A model generated the notes under the pieces. The model had not been told where the DNA came from. It was given only the letters and a program-made list of their open reading frames with translations, and ran no database searches. The position numbers and the translations under genes are program-made. DNA of 64,000 nucleotides from Paraspadella gotoi. Its lineage: Eukaryota; Animalia; Chaetognatha. Positions 13,420 to 31,954 of the stretch are shown here, piece after piece (position 1 is the stretch's first letter; each line of letters starts with the position of its first letter). The DNA is taken from positions 7,640,095 to 7,704,094 of the forward strand of contig CM119270.1 of NCBI GenBank assembly GCA_051294375.1. The letters are read 5' to 3'.

Positions 13420-16175
13420 TACCTGGATAGGTCCTCGAGGCGAAGTTCCAAAGAAGAGAAGTAAAAACCTCTCGGCAAGGCAGTCGACTACGACGAATAT
13501 CGACGTTCCTAAGGATTAAATTCCTCGAACGAAAAACACTCAGAGATCGAAGAAGATAAGAGTCGTATATCGAAGCAAAAAATTCGGCGAGCCAAACGAG
13601 GATCGCACGCCAGAGTCATCGTGCGAGCAAGAGAAAGAAGACTCGACACACAAAAAACGTGCGGTCTCGCGAATCCGTCTGCAGCTTAGGGCGGGAGAAC
13701 CAAAGACGGGAAGACAGCACTGGACGAGCATGGACAGTCGCCTGGAAAGAGAGAGAGCGACAAGGCAGAGCCGCGAGGCGGAGAGGGAAATTGCACGAAA
13801 GGCAGAGGGAAAGAGTATCAACGACCATCGGTGAGAGCAGGCGCGCCATCGAATTAGCAGGAAAAGGTAATTCAGCACTGCCAGAAGGCAGAACACGATG
13901 AACATGGAAAGGGAAGTTGCTGAGGGAGACCACAAGGCGAGAACGCCTTCGCCAAGGTGGAGGCCCAGACGTAACTGCCAAGGATAGCCGACGAACAGGC
14001 GCCCCTATCGTCACGTCAAAGATTCTCGAGGCGGAGAAAGTACGCGGCGTTGACGGAAGGAAACGCGGAATTGTGCGGCGCGGAGGTCGGCAGAGGATAG
14101 AGAGTATCGAGAAGAAGATAGCCGTCTGCTCGAATGAGAAGCCGCAGGGGAGACGAGATGGGGGAGAAATAAGCTAGATGGAGGAGGAGAAGAAGAGATT
14201 AGAGAAAGAAGCGGCTTTCGGAGAGGAAGGAAACACGCAGGACAGGCTGCTGCGGATCGAATGAAGGATACAATCAAACGGCGGATCTGCTGCGAATATC
14301 GGAATTGGAGGCGGCGAAAGGAGCGGCTGAAGGCGGAGCGAGGAAGAAGAAAGCTGCCGCGGAGCAGAGGAGAGAATCGACTCGTAGTGGGAGACGAATG
14401 AAGAAAAAGCCACGCTGGAGAAGATTGGCCCGACACTCGCACATACAGTCCTGAACAAGACTCGCAAGAGGATGGAGAAGAGAGCGAGAGAGAGAGCGAG
14501 ACGGAGTTGACGCTAGAGTCGTTTTCGATTGGAAGAAATTTAAAGGCGAAAGAAGGAGAGAGAAACGAGAGGTTGAAGGCAAAAGAAATTGGAAATCGCA
14601 GGTCCGAAAAAATCGGAGAAAACGTTGGCCCGATTTTCAGACCGAACATCCCGAGACAGATCCGCCGAGAAGGACCTACCCGAGGAGAATGAAGGCGCAA
14701 TTGAAGGACGGTCGAACATCAATCTGGGAAAAAGTCGCGCGTCGCAGGGAGAAAGCAGGGGAAAGAAATGCGGCGACAGATGGAGGAGGAAGAGCGCGGC
14801 GCAGCGAGATAGATCGGCTCGGGGCTGGAAGCGGAAGAACTGCTGCGTTCTGACGGCTGACCAATGGACCGCCCAATGTTGGAGAAGGAGGTGCTGCGGA
14901 AGGGCGAAGGAGCACAAGAGATGCGGACAGTTGAAAAGAGTTTCTGCATTTCTCGGAAAAATGGAAAGGATCGGGTCCTGAAGGATTGGGGGAACAATAC
15001 ACAGAAGCGACGATAAGCGTCCCTCGCGCGAATTGTGAGGAGGCAACTAACAAAGATGCTCGTCAACATCTCGCCGATTGTTCACTCTCGTTAACGCGAG
15101 ACATAGGAGGCAATCCCGAGTCTGCGCCAATGTTCCACGCCTTTATAAGAACGTAGGTCACGAAGCTTTGAACGAATGCTAAAGAAAGTTCTGTTTGAGA
15201 AGAACTCGTCTGGAAGCACCGGAGCCGTAGATGTAGAGCAAAACAAGAGATTGATTCAGGCCAAACAAAAGGCACGACCGGAACAGATATGGGAGGAGAC
15301 AGTACGCTATCGGGAAAAACGGAACCCAGAGGGAGGCACAGGAAAGTTTGTGAAGAAGCACATCGAGAGGAATGAGGAGCAAGTCGTACGCGGAGAGAAT
15401 CGCGTATGTAAGGATGTCGAAAGAGACTCCACGCTTGCGCAGAAGAAGATGTTGGTCGAAACGAGAAGGAGGCGATTTTCACGTACACGCGAAGAGAGAG
15501 ATGACGTACGGAGCGAGATTTAGTCAGGAGGAGTTGTCTGTTATGAGAGCGATCATAGGACAAAGAGCTGAAGAGACCAAGTGAGTAAGAAAAAACGAGA
15601 AAAACTAGAAATCAATTTCCTGTACTCTCCGCATTTCAATGAGATAGTAAAAATACAGAGAGTAGAGAAAGAATACGAGATGGGAATTGTGTAAGTCGAA
15701 ACACACTGAGGAAATCACTACAACGAAGTCTCGGAGGTGGAGGATCAAATCACGCAATATCAAAATTGCGAGCATAGAAGAGGGAAAGGTAAATCAAGAA
15801 TGTTGACCTAACGATTTTGTGTGCAGAGAATGTCATATGGTAAGAGGATAACAGAATTCAGCGTCAGCGCTCACGAAAATCCACAACCAGAGTGCAGAGT
15901 CTGTGAACTAAAGAGAGCGGCGAGATCTCTAATGACAAAGGAGTTGACGGAGATAATAACTTCTGGGAGCCGTAGTCTTTGAGAGTTTACAACTTAAAGA
16001 TAAATACTTGCCAATCCTGTTGTGAGTCACATGTGCTCTGATTAGAGCTGTTCTTAATATCGCATAATTGATATGTACTTCATGTTCTCTTCCGACATTC
16101 AATCAACAAATATGTCTATTCTTTCTAAACAGAAATCGCGCAACAATGCAAAGAAAAGAGCGGAACGCGAGCAAT
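13420..16175 (+). CDS. multi-exon E/K/R-rich coiled-coil protein gene, frameshifted by sequencing errors
   Basis: About 2.1 kb of purine-rich GAG/GAA/AAG-biased sequence giving ERERATRQSREAEREIARKAE, LERMLKKVLFEK and EERDDVRSEI. Donors GTGAGT (15581), GTAAAT (15789) and GTGAGT (16022); acceptors TGTGTGCAG (~15826) and TTTCTAAACAG (~16132). Confidence 0.55.
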
Positions 16176-16689
16176 AGAAATTCAGATCATAAGATTTAAC
16201 TTTCCGATTTTGCAATTTTAATTATAATTTTAATTATTCACTCAAGCATCACTCTCCTTCTCCCAACTGACACGAGTGTCTTTTAAATTACCTTCGCAAA
16301 ATTTATTTTTCAAAGCATCTTTTTCTGTCAGTAAAACAACAAACCCTGTTAAATTTGTTGAGAGCGTGTTTCCGCACGATTCATTTACCCGCGAATCTTG
16401 TGATCCGCCACACCGCGTTTGGTCAGCCGAATGTTTGACCTGGAGTATTTCTAGCTGAGACTATCTTTTAAAATAGATGAGAGCAAGTCCTACTAAAGTT
16501 GCTCTTGGTTATTTTTTACAATATTTTAACAATTTCTCGACCTCCCGTCTCCACTCTCTCTGTTACCCTCCTCCCCAGTACACACCATCCTCCGGGCGTA
16601 TCACTTCTATCGAATAAAGCACGACGATCGCTTACATCACCAACTGTGCCCTCCTTAATCCCACATTTTTTTTATCGCCGCCACCTTTT

Positions 16690-18040
16690 CTCCCGCACGA
16701 TACACACATGGCAGGCCTTGGTAGTGGCTTTCGCGGATGGACAAGTTCCTCTGCGAGGATTTCGGTCTCTCGTGACCATCGACACGGGCCGCCGGCGCAT
16801 TACGACGTCAGCGAAGGCAAAGAACGTCTATCGCAGTAAGCCCTACTGTGCAGCGCAGAGTCCCACCAAGGCCCCTGCTCTTGACCGTCTGTGAGATACA
16901 ACATCAAAACGTAGAATCTTCTTGGAAGGAACCGTTCCTCGTCGCTTTCGCGAGGGACTAAAAGCGCGTTTTCTCGCGCTCGAGACGGTCCCGAGCGAAG
17001 TGTTTTCGTGTATCGCGGAGCGCGCGGGAGATCTTCCGTCTGTGCTATCCGTCCAACTAACTCTTGGACCTCATTAGCTCTACTGCAGTTCGCCCGTTCA
17101 CCTTCACTCTCTCTCCGAAGCGCGCGCTGGACGCGTCCTCTCGGATCATCGGGGCTACGAGGTCCCGAACGGCTGGACTCGGACTCGGTCTACAGGAGCG
17201 CTTGCAGAGTCGGGGATAAGTAGCATTTCATCTACAGCTTCCGCCTCTTTGAGAATCCTGTTGACTTTCGTAGAAAGGGAAAATGGGGGATCTGGGAAGG
17301 TGAGGCAAGAGAGGGGGGAGAATTCAATTTCAATTCAAATTTAATTTCAATTTCAATTCGCCCAATAGCTTCGTTGTCAAAAGCTTCCCCTTTGCAGAAA
17401 CTCATAAATTAATTTATTTTTTATTGTTTTTGTAACGCAATTTCAATATCATTTGAAAGCTATTACAATAATTTTTTGAAACATTAAACACAATTTTTCA
17501 AAAATCCTGATGTTCATGTTTAAAAAATCGTTCTCAATTAATTACCCAGCTTTAATTGTATATTCCATGAACTCCAATATGCGTTTTTAATTTGAATAGT
17601 TAAATGATAATGACTTTCTACATCATTATTCCCTTCATTTCACCACATATCTCCTCTCCTTAAACCACTTATTAAATCCTCCTTCATGTCCAAGTACGAT
17701 CAACGTTTAATTTAGAAATTCCTTACCACACGACATACTCCGTTATTTTCGCTTCATAAATACTAAATATCTGAATCATGGCGATTCGCGAGAGAGTGGA
17801 CCAGCCTCGAGACGCACTCATTCATCGGCCTTTTCGACCAGCTGCCGACGTGCTCCCGTCATCAACACGTCTTTAGGGTCATGTTGGCTCTTATCTCCTC
17901 GGGTCCCGCCTCTTATGACCGGATCACTCCGACTACGGAGGAAGACGGAGACCATAATTCTATTCCTAAACGAGAGAGGAGAACGCTTTCAAATTCCATC
18001 ACTGAGGCCAAAGTTGAAAACCGATCTGCTTATCGGTGAG
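16690..18040 (+). other. two GC-rich putative exons of an unidentified gene (~16690-17250, ~17780-18035)
   Basis: GC-rich islands in AT-rich DNA; the second ends at a GTGAG donor (~18036). No domain recognised. Confidence 0.2.
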
Positions 18041-19498
18041 GGGGAGAAAGAAGAGAAGATGAGGAAGAGAGAGAGGTAGAGAGGGACGGCGTATAAAGGA
18101 GATGGGTTTTAATTTCGAATTCTTTTTTTCTCGTATTTCTTTCAGTTCTCTTCTTTCTTTATTTCTGATTTATTGCTCCTCTTTCTGTTTTGTATATCTT
18201 TTCTTCTATCTCTCTTGTAATTCTTTCGTTTCTTCCTCTGTAGTTCCTCGCTATCTTTTTTTTCTTTCTTTCTCTTCTGTGCAGGATCCTTTTTTAATTT
18301 TCATCACGAGCCCTATTGGTTTTTAAATTGCGCCGCAGATAACTCTAAGATCCACCATTAGTATATTTCGGTCGTCGGTGTGTCTGCCTCTTGAGAGGTT
18401 GAAAAATTTTTCATTTATACCCATTTCAAAATAATCAAAGAAACAAAAATATATAACTGTCGGTCCCACTTTTACATTTAAAATGTATAAAAATTGGTGG
18501 AAGTAACCAAATATATTTAAATCAATACTAAAATTTATCTAATTTTCCTTAAGGGTTAATATAAATAAATTTTACTATTCTGGGCAATCACCTGAAATTT
18601 GGAACAGGAAATTTGGGGTGGTTTAAGAAAAAAATGATAATTTAAATTCCGTCTACGTCCCCTGGCTATTATGCTTTCACAAATCAGATTAACTCTCTAA
18701 CAGTACGTCAAGATTTCATTACTACCCAGAGAGAACCTTTTTACGTGGAAAGTTTATTCTCCGATAACTTTAGGTTTTCCCTATCAAATGAAGTGGTAAT
18801 AAATGTTTCCAAAAGTATGTTATTTAATTGTATGAAAGGCCTCTCCTTAAGTATTAAGAATTCGTTATTATTAAATCGTATTATAATTTGTCTAGGTGTT
18901 GTGTATAATTTGCTCATAATTTTTTGTTTTAAGAAGAAAGAAAAAACATCTTATAATCTAAGGGTGCACACTGGCCGGACCCCCCACATTGGGCCCGCCT
19001 ATAAGTTACTTACTAAGGAAATAACTACCCATAAAAATTCTATTAAAATTAAACGGTAAAAATAAAAACGACGTAATTTTGAATGAATGATGCATGTCAT
19101 TACCTTTATAATTAGAACACGCGCACTAAGAAAGTGCGGTAACAAGGGTCAATTGTAGTCTGGTTTTTACTTATGTGATCAACAAGAAGGAAATAGACAA
19201 AAAATAAAAGTTTAGATCTTTACGTTGTAGAGACAAAAGCATGCAAATAAATTGGAATTAGCTTGTGAATTTTTTCATTTTTTTCTCTTTTTATTTTTTC
19301 TCTCTCATTAACTTAATTTTTTTTTACCCTTTCTTCAATCTTTCTTTTTATTTTTTGAGTCTTTTTTGATTTTATACCTTACCTTTTTTCTTTTCCGCTT
19401 CTCTCATTTTCTTTTTTTCTTTAATCTCATTTAAAATCCCTGTCTAATTAGCGCCATACTTCCCTCCCTCCTTCTTCTCACTTTCTTTTTTTCCTCAC

Positions 19499-20561
19499 AC
19501 AAGCCTGGACCATCGAAACAAAAGGAATGGACGCAAATTCCGCCCCGTCACGGGCGAACGTTCCCGAAATCGCGTTCCACCCTCCGTTCCCGTCCTCAAA
19601 GGCCACGTCTACATGTTCGTGCTGCGGAGAGCCTCCCTTCTCAGCTGGGCCAACTCCAGCCCCTGGGCAGCTCCAGTGCGACGTAAATCCGCTTCGACGT
19701 CGCCGGAGGCTGCGGTGGGATCTGATCGAGGCTGCGGCGAAAATCGCCGGCGCCGGCGACGCGATCGCCTCAGATCCCTCGCCGTTGACGGAAAAGATCG
19801 TGATCGTAGGATGGCTAGCGGTCCTCGCGCAAACCTGGACCTCGGCTCCGGCGCAGGACGGCTTTTCTGGTTCCGCGGAACGAATACGACTTGTCGTGTC
19901 GATGCAATTATTGTTGGGATATGGAATTGACTGGCGAACCGGAAAGGGCGCGATTTTCGAAATCGGACGAAAGAGAAGAAGAAAGTCAAGGGTGTCGGCG
20001 GAGGCGCTGGAATTCGGCAAAGGCGCGTGCTCCGCGGCAGGCGAAGAGGCCCGCGCCTGCTTCGATTCTGCCGCCGCCTTTCCGATCGAGAAATCGTCAA
20101 ACGAGAAACGACAAGTCCGCCAGGCGCTGGAGAAGACGTCAGCCTGGAGACGCTCTGGTGCGCCGCCCGCCAATCCGCGCCGTCGCGGAGGGCGGCGACG
20201 GAGCCTCCGCTTCTGAGCGTTTTCTTCTTCCTTCCTTTTTTCTTTTTTCTTTTCGATATCTCTTCTTCTTTCTTGCCTTAATTTTCAGCCTTATCTCCTA
20301 AACTCCCAGGATCGAATATTTTTCGGCTCGAGGGCAGGAGAAGAACATGTAGGAGAGAGGAGAGGAAAGTCCAGAGCTTCGGGCTCCGCTTCGATCGAAT
20401 TTGCAGCCGCTGCGGAATCCGGGAGAATTAAGGAGAAGAAGAGGAAGAGGAGTTAAAGTGAGCCGAGCGAAGTAATTCAAGGCAAGGAGCAGCCGCCGGA
20501 CCGCCGCCGCGGCGCTCCCGAGGCTGCGCGATACGAAAAGGGGCTCCCTGAGTATAGCCAT
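19499..20561 (-). CDS. first exon of a secreted/membrane protein with CUB and C-type lectin domain signatures, frameshifted
   Basis: ATG at 20561 followed by a hydrophobic leader (RRLLLALNYFARLTLTPLPLLLL). CUB-like pieces FSFDDFSIG, PYPNNNC, SYDH and SGFTSHW, then CTLD start SCP(R)GW..C..VAFEDGNGGWNA..ARDGAEFASI. GTGAG donor at 19498. Confidence 0.5.
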
Positions 20562-20616
<55 letters not shown>

Positions 20617-21227
20617 CTCTCTCTTCTCTCGTCGTCCATTCCTCCCTTCCTCATCGTTTACGCTGCTAGTTGCATTGTAAACCCATTTGCATTACTACAA
20701 AAGCGAATGCGCCATCTCCTTAAGTGAGCCCACCCGCATTAGCATAATTTCCGCTCTTCTCTCTCTCTCTCTCGCTCTCTTCCCTTTCCGTTTCCAACTC
20801 ATATGCAGAGGAGGTAGGCACAGCGTTAAAAGTGCGCCTTACCTTTAAGCCCTCATCGTCCTTTCCATTGTTCCCTTTTTATTCTTTGTTTCTCTCTCTC
20901 TCTCTCATCTCCTCTCCTCTTCTCTTCTCTCTCTCTCTCTCTCTCCTCTCCATCTCTCTCTCTTCTCTCTTCTCTCTTCACTCATTCATATCATCCTCTT
21001 TCTCACTTCTTTATCTTTTTCTTCCTCATCTTTTTTATTCTTTTTTCTTTATTCTCCTGTTAATCCGATCCTCGGTCTCCTTTATCTCATTCTTACGATC
21101 GATTGTTCTTCTTTTTTTCTTTAATTTTTTTCGGTTCTTTTGTTGAAATTCGCGCTTTTTTTCTTTAGACGATTTGACAAAGAAACGAGAGATTTAAAAA
21201 AAAAGAGATAAGTACATAAAGAAGATG

Positions 21228-21365
21228 ATCAATCAATAAATTAGTCAATCTCTTAATCAATGAATCAATGAATCAATCTCTCAATCAATGAATTAATCAA
21301 TCAATCTCTTAATCAATGAATGAATCAATCAATCAAATAACCAATCGATTAATTAATCAATTCAT
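21228..21365. repeat. (AATC/AATG)n microsatellite
   Basis: Imperfect tetranucleotide run. Confidence 0.8.
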
Positions 21366-21636
21366 CTAAACAATTGACTTACCTTTCTTCGTTCTGTGCG
21401 AAGAAGTTTCCAAAGCAGAGAAAAGAGAAAAAACGACGCAAAAGACGAAGATTTTCCCCGCGATTTTTCTCTCAAAAATTCCGGCGGCGCGCGACCGTTT
21501 TAAATCCGTTGCGCTGTACCGAATACAGTGGAGTCGACGTTTTTCATCGTCTGGTTTCTCCCGGTTTTCGTGCGCCGATTTTAGTTTAGAAAGACCCATT
21601 TTTCTNNNNNNNNNNNNNNNNNNNNNNNNNTTTCTG

Positions 21637-21724
<88 letters not shown>

Positions 21725-21730
<6 letters not shown>

Positions 21731-22690
21731 CGCTTCTTAAATAAGCTTCTCCCCAGTTTCGGAGATTAAGAAGCGTTTTGGTCCGAATTTTATTAATTTT
21801 TTTTTTTTTATCCGCCGACTTTATTTTCTTAACTTTTTTTCCTGAGCTTCTTCTCGCTCTCCCCTCTTTCTTCTGCTCGGCTCGAGAGAGAGAGAGTGGG
21901 CGAGAAATAGGAGTTTAATCGTTTAAGTTCTCTCTCTCGAAAAAAAAAAAATAAAATCACTTTTTCCTGTCCGTTGCGTAATAAAATTTTATGTTTTATT
22001 TCCATTCTGATCTCCTTTCATTTATTTGTTTCCGATTTTTCATTTTTCCTCTTTAGTTTTTCTCTTTCGTTTATTCCTTTTGTTGGTGGAAAATAATCGT
22101 TTCTTTTTTCCCCTCTTGTTTTTTTTTTCTTTTAATCGTTGGTCGAGGGAATGAGGTAAAAGAGAAATGGAGAAACAAAAGGCGTCCCTTTGCTGAGTTG
22201 TTTGAATTCAGAGAGAGAGAGAGAGAGCACGCTTCTTAAAAGCTTTCTCCCAGTTCCGAAGATTTAAGAAGCGTTTTGTCCGATTTTATTATTTTTTTTT
22301 AATCCGCGACTTTTATTTTTCTTACTTTTCTTTTTCCTGAGCTTCTTTCTCGCTCTCTCTCTTTCTTCGCTCGCGCTCGAGAGAGAGAGAGTCGGGCGAG
22401 AAATAGTGAGTTTATCGTTTTAAAGTTCTCTCTCTCGAAAAAAAAAAATCACTTTTTCCTTTCGTTGTGAAGTAAAATTTTATGTTTTATTTCCATTCGA
22501 TTCTCCTTTCATTTATTTGTTCCGATTTTCATTTTTCCTTTTAGTTTTTCTTTCGCTTTATTCCTTTTGTTGGTGGAAAATAAAATCGTTTTTCTTTTTT
22601 CTCTGTTTTTTTTCTTTTATCGTTGGGGAAGGGAGAGAGAAAGAGAAAGGAGAAACAAAGGCGTCCTTTGCTGAAGTTTGTTTGAATTTC
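21725..22690. repeat. tandem duplication of a ~480-bp unit
   Basis: 21725-22210 and 22226-22690 share GCTTCTTAAA...CCCAGTT...GAAGCGTTTTG...GGCGTCC(C)TTTGCTGA...TTTGTTTGAATT. Confidence 0.85.
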
Positions 22691-23633
22691 CTCTGGAAAA
22701 AAAGGGAGAGAGAGAGAGAGAGAATTAATAATCTTGATTTCCGGTCTCGGCTTTCGCCTCCCGTCTCTTCTTTGTTTTCTTACCACATTTTATTTACTTT
22801 TTAAATTATTGTATAATTGTATAGTTTTAAAAAAATATAAAATATATATATATATATATAAATATAATATAAAATATAAAAATATAATATAAATAAAACA
22901 TTTTTTAAAAAAGAAAGCAATATATGTTTGATTAAATAATATAGATTAAATACTAAATCCTTCATAAAAATATTAAAATATTATATAGAAAAATAGAAAA
23001 TAGTGAAACAAGTAATTTGCAAATTTTCATTTATGTTGGGATATAAAGACTTTGTTTTAAACATTGTATTAAAAATAACGTGTGACATTCTTTTTTGTTT
23101 GTTTAAAATAAACTGAACTTCCAAAAAAGAAAAATTTTTTTTGCCCAATTTTTGTAAAATAACCAAACGAAAATGAACATCGTGATATTTAGTAAACGAA
23201 AAAAAAAAAGTATTTAATATGATATTTTTTTATCAAATTCTATGCACAAAATAAAACACGAAAAAAACAAACAAACAAAAAAACAAGAACAAAGTAATTA
23301 AGCAAAGAAAGAAATAAAAAAAACAAACTAAAAGGAGAATAAGAAATGAGAGCAACGCGTTTGTTTGTTTGTTTGTTTACGATTTCGATGTCATTAAAAT
23401 AAGATTTATTTGCATAGAATTCGAGCCGCGTCCTTCGCTCCTTCGGATGAAGAGGATTGGGGGCCACTTCAAAGCCAGCCGCTCAACGCAGCCCTCGAAA
23501 ATGAGAGANNNNNNNNNNNNNNNNNNNNNNNNNNNNNNNNNNNNNNNNNNNNNNNNNNNNNNNNNNNNNNNNNNNNNNNNNNNNNNNNNNNNNNNNNNNN
23601 NNNNNNNNNNNNNNNNNNNNNNNNNNNNNNNNN

Positions 23634-23669
<36 letters not shown>

Positions 23670-24387
23670 TTTTTCTATTAAAATCACGTCTGTAACAGAA
23701 AATTAATCTTTGCTCGTGATCGTGAGATCGAACGAAAGCGAGTCGTTTTGCAAACCCGTGAATCGACTTAAACAAATCGTGTATTGCACAATGAGTATTT
23801 AGTAATGCTCTTTAATAGTTTAAAACTACAATAATAACAATTCAATATAGGATGATACTTCACTCCTTTCATAAATTTTCAAAGAATAAGAAAGAGCAAT
23901 ACTTAATTGTAAACTAACTTGTTAATCAATATATAAAACCCTAAAAAAGTAAATATGCTAAAATGCTAAGTGAAATTTTAAAAATATGCCAACCAAATTT
24001 TTACCGGAAAAAACTCGTCTTTGGAATCCGTATGTTAATTGTTTATTTACTTTTATTTTATTTAGATTTTCGGGTTTATTTTGAGTAAAATAAATCATGT
24101 GAAGAAACTTCGGATGCAGATTCTTCGGCGTCGAACATTAAAGGTGAGAGGGAAGTTTTTGTGAAGGGAGAATGAAAAGAGGAGGAGGAGGAAGAGGAAG
24201 AGGAGGAGGAAGAGGCGAAAGTAAATCGGCCTTTAATTGGAAGGGAGGGCAAGAAACAGGGGAGAGGGGGAAAAAAGGGAAGTGAAGAAAAGTTGAGGAG
24301 AAAAGTTGGCGAGAGTGGTAGAATGGTGAAGAACTTGTGAGAAAATGTTGATAAATGGGAGAAGTGAAAAGAAAGGAATAACGGAAG

Positions 24388-29208
<4,821 letters not shown>

Positions 29209-29394
29209 ACCGAATCGGAGGCGCCGGGTTGGGCAAGAGAGGGGGGCTGAGGAGAAATAGGGGGGTCCACAGCGCGACGGGGGCGCGTTTGGAGAACGCG
29301 TGTGTGGGGGGCGAAGATGTGAAAACGTCTTTATCCGAAAATAATGGATAAAGATGAGGAATTAAGGGTGAGCAGAGAGTTTAAAGAGGAAGAT

Positions 29395-29440
<46 letters not shown>

Positions 29441-29959
29441 CAGAGAGAGAGCGAGGAGAGAAGAGAGCATGGAAGATGAGAGAGAGATGAATAAAACCAA
29501 TATATGAAAAAACCGATCTCTCTCCTGAAATTGAAAAACGCTTTTCTGTGAAACACCTGAGAAACGAAGAGAGAGAGGGAGAGAAGAGAGAGATAAATTT
29601 AAAAAAAAAGAAAAACGAATAGAATTAAAGAAAAGAGAAGAAAAGAAGAGAAAAGAACTAAAAGAAAAGAGAAGAGAAGACATCAGGGCTGCAGCTTCGA
29701 GGAGAAGAGTTATCGTCGCCCATGAATCTATTGTCGCTTCTGGGTTTTTCATTTCCGCGAGCAGAGAGAAAGAAGAGAAGAAAGGAGGAAAGAAAAGAGA
29801 GGAGAAAAAAGGGAAATAGAAAAGTAAGAGAAGAAAGAGGGAACGATAAGAGAGGTGAAAGGTGAAGATTTGAGTTAAGAGATCAAAAAGACAAAAATGG
29901 AGAAAGAGGAGAAAAAAAAATAGAAGAAAGAGAGATTTGTTTTTAATTTTCTTTATAAA

Positions 29960-30680
29960 GAAAGAAAACGAAGGAAAGAAAAGAAGTTGAGGAAAGAAAT
30001 GAAGCGGAGGAAAGAGAAGAAGTTGAGGAAATGAAGGAAGCGAAGGGAAAAAAAAGCGGAGGAAAGAAATGAAGCGGAGGAAAGTGGGCGGAATCGAGTG
30101 GAGGAAGAAATGAGGAAAGAAGGAAAGAAGAACATGGAGATTGGAGAAGAGGGAAGAGGAAAATGGATGATATTAATGACATAAATAACAAAACAAGTCG
30201 CCTTCGTCGCGAGGATGAATCGTGGAGGACGACGACGAAAACGACGATGATAACGACGATGACAGATGATAGAAGAGAAAAGGATGACTGCGACAATGAC
30301 GATGAAGATGACGAAGAGGAATGACGAAGACGATGAAGATCATAAAGCAGAGGTTGGTTAAGATCAAGGAAAATATTTTTTTTTTACCCGACGACGATGA
30401 ATATTGACGAAAAGATAACCACAATGACAAATATAGTGACGATGACAAAACAAAAAATCGAAACTCAAAAGACGATGACGACCAAAAAAAAAGTAATAAG
30501 AAGGTCGGAGAGGATCGCGATCAATTTTGACGACGATAGCGACGATGAAATATAGGAAAAGACAAGAGCGACAATTATGGGATATTGACAAGGACGGGGA
30601 CGATGAAAACGACGACGACGACGACGACAACGACGACTAGTAGAATATCAAGACGGCGACAACGACGACGCCCAAGATGG
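29960..30680. repeat. purine-rich minisatellite (GAGGAAAGAAATGAAGCG) followed by (GAC/GAT)n-rich low complexity
   Basis: Repeated GAAGCGGAGGAAAG units at ~29985-30125, then GACGAT/GACGAC runs. No clean open frame. Confidence 0.6.
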
Positions 30681-31910
30681 AACTAAAAATAAAAAAAATA
30701 CAAAACAAAACAAAACAAAACACGAAAAAAAAAATTTGTACGAACCCAGAGGGCAGCGCCGGCGGCCCGTGCCGGCTACGAAATATTGAGAAACTTAAAA
30801 AAAAAAAAAAGAAAGAAAAGAAAATGAAAAAAAAAATTGAGGGGAAAAAGATAAATTTTCCTTCTGCGTCTCGTCGTCTGCAAAGCGTCGAAAGAGAAGG
30901 AGAAAGAGAAATCATTTTCTTAAACGACTCGCGACGTTGAACGGTGTACTGGGGGAAAGAAGAGGAAGAGGACGAGGAGAAGGGGATGGATGGATGATGG
31001 AGACTGGCAACGGAGTCTATCGATGAGGTCTGACATCGGGTGGCGATGAAGACTGGTAAAAAAAAATGAAAGTGTGGCAACGTGAGGCAGAGTGGCAAAG
31101 GATTTAATTCGAGAAAATGATGAAAAAAAAAGGCGCCATCTTTGGATAACCAATAAAGGTGTAAAGGTGTAACCAATAAAGAAATACGAGCAGAAATAAT
31201 TTGAAAATACGTCATCTGAGTAAGGAATAAAAAGGTATTGTGCCATATTTTTCTGTTTCTTTTTTTTTTTCTCTCTCGGCTTATTTTTTTTCTCTCTTTT
31301 CTAATTCTCTTTTTTTTCTTCTCTTTTCTACTGATTTTCGGTTTCTCTCATATCTTCTGTCTGCTTTCTCTCTCTCTTCTCTTCTGCTCCTCTTCTCGAG
31401 TCTCTCGTCTCTCTCTCTCTCTCATCATTCGTCTCTCTGCTCTCTCTCTCTCTCTTCTCTCTTTTTTTTCTTCTTTTCCCACAAATTTTTGCCATTTTTT
31501 TCCTCATGTCACGCCAGGTGATGAAGCGGATTATGTGATGTGACTTCGGGTGCGTTAGTATGTCACTTGTGTCGCGATCTCTCTCTCTCGACTCCACTTC
31601 TCTCTCTCTCTCTCTCTCTTTCTTTCTGTCTCTCTCTCTCTCTTTCTCTCATCTTATTCACGTGTTGCTTACGATTATGAATGCCTAAAATATTCAAGAA
31701 TCGAAACCCACAGCCTCCAATTTTCTTTTTTTTTTTCTTTGTTTTTTCCACTGTTTGACATTTGCGATTCAATGGAATTTTTACCGAATTTACCGAAGAT
31801 CTGAGNNNNNNNNNNNNNNNNNNNNNNNNNGAGAGAGAAAAAAAGGAAAGTCATTTCCTCTCTATTCCGTGGGTTGTCACTATTTGACGCCTTTAGGATG
31901 AGAGAGAGAT

Positions 31911-31954
<44 letters not shown>

